A DNA stretch of 64,000 nt from assembly GCA_943354745.1 (NCBI GenBank), contig CALRDB010000001.1, forward strand, positions 203 to 64,202, given 5' to 3'. The translations under genes were made by a program, and so were the position numbers. Under the pieces are notes generated by a model, which worked only from the letters and a program-made list of their open reading frames with translations, had not been told where the DNA came from and ran no database searches. This document shows, piece after piece, positions 1-6,394 of this stretch (position 1 is the first letter of the stretch; the number at the start of each line of letters is the position of its first letter). The DNA is from Candidatus Nomurabacteria bacterium (GTDB lineage: Bacteria > Patescibacteriota > Minisyncoccia > Phycocordibacterales > UBA10002).

Positions 1-1
1 T

Positions 2-889
2 GGAACAACGTGGGTGTATAAACCACAGATATATGTAAGTGCGCTTGTTCCCCTAAAAGGGGTTGCGGGAGCTCCGGTATTGTTCGATGCGGTCGCGGTC
101 GGCTTGAAAAAGGAGCCCTTACCAAATGCAAAATATCTTTGGAGTTTTGGTGACGGAGGAACTGCGGAAGGGAAGAAACTTTCTCATACGTATCACTATC
201 CTGCCACCTACACGGTTTTAGTCGATGCTTCGTCTGGAGAATGGAGCGCTATGGATAGAAAGGAGATTATGATTCTTGATCCTGAGCTGGTTATCTCGAA
301 TATTAAAGAAGGTGGAGATGGGTTCATTGAGATACAAAATGAAGGGAAAAATGAAATTGATCTTTCTCTCTGGCTCTTAAAAACGAGTTCGGGTTTGTTT
401 ACGATTCCACAAGGTACGGTCATAGGTGCGAGAAAAGTAATTCCTTTTCCAGCCGCGATTACTCATCTCTTAGCGGATGCGGGGAATATCGCTCTACTAT
501 ACCCAAACGGGAATTTTGTGGTTGCTTATGTGGAAAAACAAAATACTTTGGAACCCGCACCTGTCAGGAGACAAGAATCTCAAGTTATTTTGATGTCGAC
601 ACCCAAAGAAGTTGAACCTAAAAAGTCGGTTTCTGTCCCTCCATCAAAACCAGCAGAAAAAGAGTCGATTGCTCCGGCCATGTATGTTCCTCCTGTCGCT
701 TCAAGTACAGAGCTCATCGGGGCCGTGGGGGCGGTGGATGGTCGTGGTATGATGCCCTGGCTAGGAGGAGTAGGGGTGCTTCTTGTTGTCGCTGTGGGAG
801 GGTACCTACTGATGCTTCGCCCTAAGCCGGAACAGAGCCCTGCGGATATACTAAGGAGGGAAGCGGCGAAGTTCGATATCATTGAGTAA
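2..889 (+). CDS. PKD-domain / lamin-tail-like surface protein with Pro-rich linker and C-terminal transmembrane anchor (5' truncated by window edge)
   Basis: YLWSFGDGGT...HTYHYPATYTV is a PKD motif; FIEIQNEGKNEIDLSLWLL resembles a lamin-tail domain; hydrophobic WLGGVGVLLVVAVGGYLLML near the C-terminus; the frame stays open back to base 2. Confidence 0.75.
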   Translation, partial: GTTWVYKPQIYVSALVPLKGVAGAPVLFDAVAVGLKKEPLPNAKYLWSFGDGGTAEGKKLSHTYHYPATYTVLVDASSGEWSAMDRKEIMILDPELVISNIKEGGDGFIEIQNEGKNEIDLSLWLLKTSSGLFTIPQGTVIGARKVIPFPAAITHLLADAGNIALLYPNGNFVVAYVEKQNTLEPAPVRRQESQVILMSTPKEVEPKKSVSVPPSKPAEKESIAPAMYVPPVASSTELIGAVGAVDGRGMMPWLGGVGVLLVVAVGGYLLMLRPKPEQSPADILRREAAKFDIIE

Positions 890-890
890 C

Positions 891-983
891 ACGAATGCAA
901 CGAATTATCATGCGAATGCTACTAATCCACAAATCCTGTATCTTTTCTTCAGTCGCATATTCGCATAATTCGTATGTTCGTAT
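891..983. repeat. Inverted array of short CGAAT/ATTCG repeats (imperfect hairpin)
   Basis: acgaattat(cat)gcgaat at 900-917 is complementary to attcgcataattcgt at 959-973. Confidence 0.6.
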
Positions 984-2111
984 ATGAAAAAGATTCTTAT
1001 TTTCACAACTGCCTATCTCCCGTTCGTCGGCGGAGCGGAGCTTGCGATCAAAGAGATAACCGATCGGTTGTCATCGAGCGAATTTTCGTTTGATTTAATC
1101 ACGCTCAATCTAGACGGAAAACAAAAGGCGGAAGAACAAATGGGGAATGTGCGAGTCATCCGGCTTTCATGCTCTAAAGTACTTTTTCCGTTTCGAGCGT
1201 CTTCTCGAGCGATAGTACTACATCGAGAAAAACCATATGATCGAATCTGGTCGGTGATGGCTTCCTACGGGGGATTCGCCGGACTATTTTTCAAGCATCA
1301 TTTCCCGAAAGTCCCCTTTATCCTCACCTTGCAAGAAGGCGATTCCTTCGCTCATATCTACCGACGCGTCTTTTTCATCTGGCCACTTTTCAAAATGATT
1401 TTTACTAGGGCTGACCATATTACCGCTATTTCAAATTACTTGGCCGATTGGGCAAGGAGAATGGGTGCAACCTGTCCTGTTGAGGTGATACCGAATGGGG
1501 TATCAATCAAGAATTTCGAGTATCAAATCTCGAATATCGAAAAAGAAGAAATAAAAGAGAAATTAAATATAAAACCAGAAGATAAAGTCATTATTACCAC
1601 CTCTCGGCTCGTGGAGAAGAATGGGGTGGGGGATTTGATTGAGTCGATGCGATATCTTCCCGAAAATGTAAAACTTATTATTTGTGGTTCTGGTTCTCTT
1701 GAAAAAAGCTATAAGTTAAAAGCTATAAGCTATAAGCTGGAAAACCGTACTCGGTTTATCGGTTTTGTGCCACATAGCGAACTTCCACAATACCTTCACG
1801 CTTCTGACATCTTCTGTCGCCCGTCGCTCTCCGAAGGTATGGGGAGTTCATTTGTAGAAGCGATGGCGGCGGGGCTTCCTGTTATCGCGACGCGCGTCGG
1901 CGGTATACCTGATTTTCTCAAGGATGGCGAGACGGGCCTCTTTTGTGAGGTACAAAATCCAAAAAGTATCGCCGAAAAAGTAACTCTGCTCTTGTCGGAT
2001 ACGGCACTTAGGGTCAAAATTATTGCCAACGCTTCCGCCCTAGTTCGGGAGGATTACGACTGGGATTTTATCGCGGGAAAGATGGAAAATGCCTTTGTTG
2101 ACAAAGAATAA
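984..2111 (+). CDS. Glycosyltransferase family 4 (GT-B)
   Basis: PFVGGAE N-terminal motif, IPNGV, RLVEKNG, and EGMGSSFVEAMAAGLPVIA (E-x7-E). Confidence 0.93.
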   Translation: MKKILIFTTAYLPFVGGAELAIKEITDRLSSSEFSFDLITLNLDGKQKAEEQMGNVRVIRLSCSKVLFPFRASSRAIVLHREKPYDRIWSVMASYGGFAGLFFKHHFPKVPFILTLQEGDSFAHIYRRVFFIWPLFKMIFTRADHITAISNYLADWARRMGATCPVEVIPNGVSIKNFEYQISNIEKEEIKEKLNIKPEDKVIITTSRLVEKNGVGDLIESMRYLPENVKLIICGSGSLEKSYKLKAISYKLENRTRFIGFVPHSELPQYLHASDIFCRPSLSEGMGSSFVEAMAAGLPVIATRVGGIPDFLKDGETGLFCEVQNPKSIAEKVTLLLSDTALRVKIIANASALVREDYDWDFIAGKMENAFVDKE

Positions 2112-2125
2112 GGAAACCGTACTAT

Positions 2126-2182
2126 ATGAGTATGCAGAAGCATACAGTCATGAACGTTGTGCCGCCGGCGACCGCCCTCTAA
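2126..2182 (+). CDS. Putative attenuator leader peptide MSMQKHTVMNVVPPATAL (18 aa)
   Basis: ATG at 2126, TAA at 2180-2182, tandem CCG CCG codons, followed directly by antiterminator and terminator segments. Confidence 0.55.
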   Translation: MSMQKHTVMNVVPPATAL

Positions 2183-2249
2183 TCGGGTTGGTTGTTTCTT
2201 CGTATCCTTTGAGAACTTAGAAAAACTGCCCCGATCGGGGTGGTTTTTT
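2168..2249 (+). promoter_or_regulatory. Putative ribosome-dependent transcription attenuator upstream of csaA
   Basis: Mutually exclusive pairings: 2168-2177 with 2185-2195; 2182-2199 with 2219-2235; terminator 2221-2249. Confidence 0.6.
2221..2249 (+). terminator. Intrinsic terminator
   Basis: aaaaactgcccc-gatc-ggggtggtttttt hairpin with U tract. Confidence 0.8.
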
Positions 2250-2250
2250 G

Positions 2251-2377
2251 TTATAACTTCCATAATCGGCGCATTTCTTTGTTGCTTCGCTCGTTTGCTC
2301 CCGCAATGTATAAAGCATACATTTTGGTCGCAAGTCTCACTCGCATCTCGAACTGCATCCGATTTTGAAAGTTCTAA
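2251..2377. repeat. MITE/REP-like long imperfect palindrome
   Basis: Terminal inverted repeats 2251-2269 and 2359-2377 (16/19 match); central hairpin aatgtat-aaagc-atacatt at 2305-2323. Confidence 0.6.
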
Positions 2378-2408
2378 TGTATCGCTTTATCAAGTTAATC
2401 AATAACAT

Positions 2409-2744
2409 ATGGAAACAATATCGTGGAAAGAGTTTGAGAAAGTAGAGCTTCGGGTGGGGACGATTATGACCGTGGAAGATTTTCCCGAAGCGAGAAAGCC
2501 TGCGTATAAGCTGACAATAGACTTCGGCGAGTTCGGTGTTAAGAAATCAAGCGCGCAAATTACCAAGCATTACAAGAAGGCGGAGCTTATCGGGAAGCAG
2601 GTTGTCGGGGTTATCAACTTTCCTCCTAAGCAAATCGGACCCTTCATTTCAGAATGTCTGACGACCGGCTTCGCGGATGAAAATGGTGATGTAGTGCTCA
2701 CGATGCCAGAGCGACACGTTCCTAATGGCTCAAAGATGTTCTAA
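2409..2744 (+). CDS. csaA: tRNA-binding protein / secretion chaperone CsaA (OB fold)
   Basis: [11 protein letters not shown]...[16 protein letters not shown]...KKSSAQIT...[18 protein letters not shown]...VPNGSK. Confidence 0.92.
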   Translation: METISWKEFEKVELRVGTIMTVEDFPEARKPAYKLTIDFGEFGVKKSSAQITKHYKKAELIGKQVVGVINFPPKQIGPFISECLTTGFADENGDVVLTMPERHVPNGSKMF

Positions 2745-2829
2745 ACAATACGCATACATACGGCCTGCTGGCCTTTAGTATTTCGTCGCCTTCGCGCCTC
2801 AATTACAAACCCGTACGAATATACGAATT

Positions 2830-2886
2830 ATGAAGAGTAGAAATAAATACAGCAACATAGTGCCGCCACCGTCTCCGAACCCATAA
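2830..2886 (+). CDS. Putative proline-rich attenuator leader peptide MKSRNKYSNIVPPPSPNP (18 aa)
   Basis: ATG at 2830, TAA at 2884-2886; 5 of the last 7 sense codons are Pro; lies upstream of glutamate 5-kinase. Confidence 0.7.
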   Translation: MKSRNKYSNIVPPPSPNP

Positions 2887-2944
2887 CTCCGGAGCAGATT
2901 TTTTGCACATAAAAACGCTCCGGTTTCGGGGCGTTTTTAATTTT
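2871..2944 (+). promoter_or_regulatory. Putative proline-sensing transcription attenuator of proB
   Basis: ctccg 2873-2877 pairs with cggag 2890-2894; ccggagc 2889-2895 pairs with gctccgg 2917-2923; terminator 2911-2938. Confidence 0.7.
2911..2944 (+). terminator. Intrinsic terminator in the proB leader
   Basis: aaaaacgctccg-gttt-cggggcgttttt followed by aatttt. Confidence 0.8.
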
Positions 2945-3040
2945 CCTGTGAGAGTTCGAAGTGCTGCGGATTTTCATAGGAGCGGTAACTACACCCTCCG
3001 AAATCGCATAGTGCGATGCAGAGTTCGTTAACAACTACAT

Positions 3041-3865
3041 ATGCCTATGATACACATCAAAAACAACCTCCTTGTGATAAAGGAAGGCACCGAAAGTCTC
3101 CGAAACGGAGGACAACATCTTGACCCGGCAGTCGCTGATGATACCGTGTCACAAATCGCCGAACTGTGGGAGCGGGGAATAGTAACGGTACTCGTCACTT
3201 CCGGCGCCATAGCGATGGGCCGTTCGCACTGCCAGTCTCATTGGAGAGACGACCGTCCTTTTACAAAGAGCGCCCTCGCGAGTATTGGTGCGTGGCCTCT
3301 TCTCTCGTACTGGGGAAATGCCTTTCTCAAGTACAACTTGCTTATCGGGCAAGGCTGGGTCACCTACGCTTCGCTCAATAACATGTGGGAGCGTGGGATG
3401 TTCGTCAAAGGAGTGCGTACACTTCTTGGTTTGCGCACGGTTCCGGTCATAGACGAAAATGATTTTCTCGCCGACGAAGAGATTCGCGCGCTTGAAAAAG
3501 GTTTCGGAGATAACGACAGTCTCGCGTTCAGAGTAGCCATCCATATACAGGCAGGAGCGATTCTGTTCATTTCGGATACCGACGGCTTCTACACGGAGGA
3601 TCCGAAGCTGAATCCAGAAGCGAGGCGATACAAAACCATCAACGCACGCCGTATCCCAGCTCATCTCATGGAAGGACGTACAGCTGACGGTGTATCGCGA
3701 GGAGGTGTACAGTCAAAAATCCTTTCTGCGGCAAAATGTGCGAAAAATGGCATGTATGTCGGCGTTTCCCGCCAGTCTGTGGGGAAGCGGACGATTGTAG
3801 GCTTCATGGAAGGAAAAACGACGGGGACGTTTGTAAGGGCGCGTGGCAACACGACGCTTGCGTAG
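3041..3865 (+). CDS. proB: Glutamate 5-kinase (short form, no PUA domain; divergent)
   Basis: VIKEGT, VTSGAIAMG, VPVIDEND, FGDNDSLA, SDTDGFYTEDPKLNPEA and GGVQSK motifs of the amino-acid kinase/G5K family. Confidence 0.82.
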   Translation: MPMIHIKNNLLVIKEGTESLRNGGQHLDPAVADDTVSQIAELWERGIVTVLVTSGAIAMGRSHCQSHWRDDRPFTKSALASIGAWPLLSYWGNAFLKYNLLIGQGWVTYASLNNMWERGMFVKGVRTLLGLRTVPVIDENDFLADEEIRALEKGFGDNDSLAFRVAIHIQAGAILFISDTDGFYTEDPKLNPEARRYKTINARRIPAHLMEGRTADGVSRGGVQSKILSAAKCAKNGMYVGVSRQSVGKRTIVGFMEGKTTGTFVRARGNTTLA

Positions 3866-3870
3866 TTATC

Positions 3871-3899
3871 AGGGGCTGTCCTAACGGATAGCCCTTTTT
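3871..3899 (+). terminator. Intrinsic terminator after proB
   Basis: aggggctgtcc-taac-ggatagccctt followed by a T run. Confidence 0.8.
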
Positions 3900-3902
3900 A
3901 TT

Positions 3903-3911
3903 TGTTATAGT
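3903..3911 (+). promoter_or_regulatory. Extended -10 promoter candidate
   Basis: TGtTATAGT immediately after the proB terminator and before the glycosyltransferase operon. Confidence 0.45.
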
Positions 3912-3915
3912 AAAG

Positions 3916-4007
3916 ACACGGAATCGACACAGAAGAAGAACACGGAACGGGACGGAACCATTCCGAGTCAGTTCCGTGTTGGCTTCGTTCCGCGTAAGTT
4001 CCGTGGT
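3916..4007. repeat. Inverted array of CACGGAA/TTCCGTG repeats
   Basis: Four (c/g)ac(g/a)gaa units followed by four ttccg units; aacacggaac 3939-3948 is the exact reverse complement of 3971-3980. Confidence 0.7.
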
Positions 4008-4012
4008 TTTTT

Positions 4013-5050
4013 ATGAAAATACTTATCGCTACAGGCATTTATCCACCCGACATTGGAGGACCGGCGCAGTACGCGCGGGGAGTAGAGGAAGCGTGGAAGA
4101 AAGAAGGGCACAGTGTGAAAGTGCTCGCCTTTCGGTTTGAGCGGAGACTCCCAACGGGCGTACGGCATTTGTACTATTTTTTGCGTGTACTTTTCTCACT
4201 CCGTGGTGTTGATTTCGTCTTTTCTCCCGATACCTTTAGCGCCGCTTTGCCTGCGCTTCTCGCGTGCAAACTTTTTGGGAAGAAGATCATTATTCGAACC
4301 GGCGGAGATTTCCTGTGGGAATCGTATGTAGAGCGAACGGGGGATTTGGTGCTCCTGAAAGATTTTTATACGACAAGTGTAAACAAGTTTAATAGGAAAG
4401 AACGGATAGTTTTTGCCTTACTCAAATTTTTGTTCCGTCACGTGGGCGCCATTATTTTCAGTACGGCATGGCAGAAAGATATTTTTGAGAAGCCGTACGG
4501 GCTTGATGTGAAGAAATGCTGTATCGTTGAGAACTTTTACGGTCGTCAAGAACATTCCAACATTCTCAAGAATGTTGGAATGTCGGAGAAGGTGTTTGTG
4601 GGAGGGACGAGAGAATTGCATTGGAAGAATCTTCCACGAGTCGAAGAAGCATTTAAACGTGTACAAGAAAAGGACACGTCAATTACGTTTCATCTGCAAA
4701 CCAGCGACCGAGCGAAATTCTTGGAGGATATACAGTCCAGCTATGCGGTTATCATCGCCTCTCTTGGTGATATTTCACCCAACACGATCTTGGAAGCAAT
4801 TTCATTCGGTAAGCCATTTATTCTGACGCGCGAGACCGGACTGTATGAAAAATTGAAAGACATCGGCGTGTGGGTGAATCCCGAAGACGTGAACGATATT
4901 GCAGAGAAGATATCGTGGCTTTTAGATGAGAAAAATTACGCGGAGCAGTGTAAGAAAATAACGGGATTTACTTTTACGCACAGCTACGAGCAAATCGCAG
5001 ACGAACTACTGGAGATACATAGCAAGTTGCGGCAGTACGGTGTACGGTAG
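4013..5050 (+). CDS. Glycosyltransferase family 4
   Basis: MKILIATGIYPPDIGGPAQY; DISPNTILEAISFGKP. Confidence 0.88.
   Translation: MKILIATGIYPPDIGGPAQYARGVEEAWKKEGHSVKVLAFRFERRLPTGVRHLYYFLRVLFSLRGVDFVFSPDTFSAALPALLACKLFGKKIIIRTGGDFLWESYVERTGDLVLLKDFYTTSVNKFNRKERIVFALLKFLFRHVGAIIFSTAWQKDIFEKPYGLDVKKCCIVENFYGRQEHSNILKNVGMSEKVFVGGTRELHWKNLPRVEEAFKRVQEKDTSITFHLQTSDRAKFLEDIQSSYAVIIASLGDISPNTILEAISFGKPFILTRETGLYEKLKDIGVWVNPEDVNDIAEKISWLLDEKNYAEQCKKITGFTFTHSYEQIADELLEIHSKLRQYGVR
4552..4583. repeat. REP-like palindrome inside the coding sequence
   Basis: acattccaacattct-ca-agaatgttggaatgt with perfect 15-nt arms. Confidence 0.8.
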
Positions 5051-5121
5051 TGCCACGCGTTACATCAAACGTCGGTCGATGCGCGTTGCGCCACCGAATA
5101 ACGAGTTACGATTCTAAAAAT

Positions 5122-6249
5122 ATGCGCGTATTAAATCTTAGTTTAGACAGTCAGGTTTTAGAGAAAGACTCCGCCGTACAGCGAAGGCTTCTTGCGTTTG
5201 CCGAGAAGATTGGCAATACAACCCCCGCCCTCGCCGACTCGGGCACCCCCTTTAATAAGGGGGAACTTACCGTTTTTGTTCCTGCCGGACGAAGCACCGT
5301 AGAGTCACTTTCACCGAATCTGACAGTGCAGGGTTTTGGGGGTCCGAAACTGTTTCAATTTTTTAGAATGTGGAGCAGGGCAGTAGAGGAAGTGAAAAAG
5401 AACCGATACGATTTGATTACCGTACAAGATTCCTTTTTCCTTGGATTTCTTGGAGTACAGCTCGGAGAAAAGTGTAAGATTCCTGTGGAAATACAGGTGC
5501 ATGGGTTTGAGAAGATGGTTGGCGGAAGGAAACAACTCGCACGTTTCGTGCTAGGAAAGGCGACGAAAATTCGTGTGGTGAGCGAGAGATTGAAAAGGGA
5601 ACTGAACTCCATATTCCATATCCCGCACTCCAAAATGTATGTTCTTCCTGTGTATACGCAGATAGATACCACGCAACGAATCTCAAAACGGAAAACCGTT
5701 CCATATCCCTTCACCTTTCTCATGGTTGGACGGCTCGTGGCCGTGAAGAACATTGGTTTGCAAATACGAGCAATAGCTGAACTCATAAAACAGATACCGC
5801 ACGTTCGTTTAGTTATCGTCGGTGATGGACCGGAGAAGGCAAGTCTAAAGTTGCAAGTTAACAGTCTAAAGTTAGAAGATAAGATATTGTTTGAGGGCAG
5901 ACAAGAAAATGTAAGCACGTACTACGGAGAAGCCGATGCGTTTTTGCTTACTTCCGACTATGAAGGATGGGGGCGTGTCGTACTCGAGGCAGCAGCCAAT
6001 AAACTCCCAAGTATCATGACCGATGTTGGGCTAGCCCAGGAAGTGATAAAAAACAATGAGAACGGATTTGTTATTTCTGTCGGTGACCAGTCTGAACTCG
6101 TACTTGCCATGAAAGAACTTATCGATAAGCCGGAACTTCGTGAACGACTTGGCGAAGCGGCGCTCCGTACGTTTAGGTCACTCCCTACTCAAGAAGTACA
6201 GATTCAGAAACAAGTTACTGAGTGGCAAACGCTTATAAGCAGAAAATAG
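5122..6249 (+). CDS. Glycosyltransferase family 4
   Basis: VGRLVAVKN, VGDGPE, EGWGRVVLEAAA; the ATG at 5122 is preferred over the GTG at 5050. Confidence 0.88.
   Translation: MRVLNLSLDSQVLEKDSAVQRRLLAFAEKIGNTTPALADSGTPFNKGELTVFVPAGRSTVESLSPNLTVQGFGGPKLFQFFRMWSRAVEEVKKNRYDLITVQDSFFLGFLGVQLGEKCKIPVEIQVHGFEKMVGGRKQLARFVLGKATKIRVVSERLKRELNSIFHIPHSKMYVLPVYTQIDTTQRISKRKTVPYPFTFLMVGRLVAVKNIGLQIRAIAELIKQIPHVRLVIVGDGPEKASLKLQVNSLKLEDKILFEGRQENVSTYYGEADAFLLTSDYEGWGRVVLEAAANKLPSIMTDVGLAQEVIKNNENGFVISVGDQSELVLAMKELIDKPELRERLGEAALRTFRSLPTQEVQIQKQVTEWQTLISRK
5221..5263. repeat. GC-rich double-hairpin REP-like insert in the coding sequence
   Basis: gccc...gggc at 5227-5244 and ccccctt-taat-aaggggg at 5246-5263. 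Confidence 0.6.
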
Positions 6250-6270
6250 GTACGATCGTACCTATTTTCT
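6241..6270. repeat. Perfect 30-bp palindrome overlapping the stop codon
   Basis: agaaaataggtacga|tcgtacctattttct. Confidence 0.85.
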
Positions 6271-6283
6271 TGCCACTCTCATT

Positions 6284-6317
6284 TAAGCAATAGTATACGG
6301 CCGTACACTATTGCTTA
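6284..6317. repeat. 34-bp near-perfect palindrome
   Basis: taagcaatagtatacgg|ccgtacactattgctta with one mismatch. Confidence 0.8.
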
Positions 6318-6394
6318 GTGGTAAAGAAAATGTGGTGGCTAACATAGCCTCTCCTTTTTCGGTTCAAGTTGTACAGCCCTTAATTTAAGGTAAA

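Noticed and set aside
2157-2405. 82-aa ORF from the track
   Set aside because: It runs through the terminator and the palindromic element, has no recognisable motif, and the region is better explained by the leader peptide and RNA structures.
2745-3040. T-box riboswitch upstream of proB
   Set aside because: No T-box consensus (AGGGTGGNACCGCG-like) or stem I motifs are visible; a Pro-rich uORF explains the leader.
3916-4007. Possible CRISPR array (also considered for 891-983)
   Set aside because: The units are only 5-10 nt, irregularly spaced and inverted; there are no spacers and no cas genes.
5050-5121. N-terminal extensions given by the ORF track (also at 12404, 13353, 31586, 33348, 38107, 50783, 54891)
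   Set aside because: They overlap upstream genes or promoters and lack family similarity; downstream ATGs match the family N-termini.
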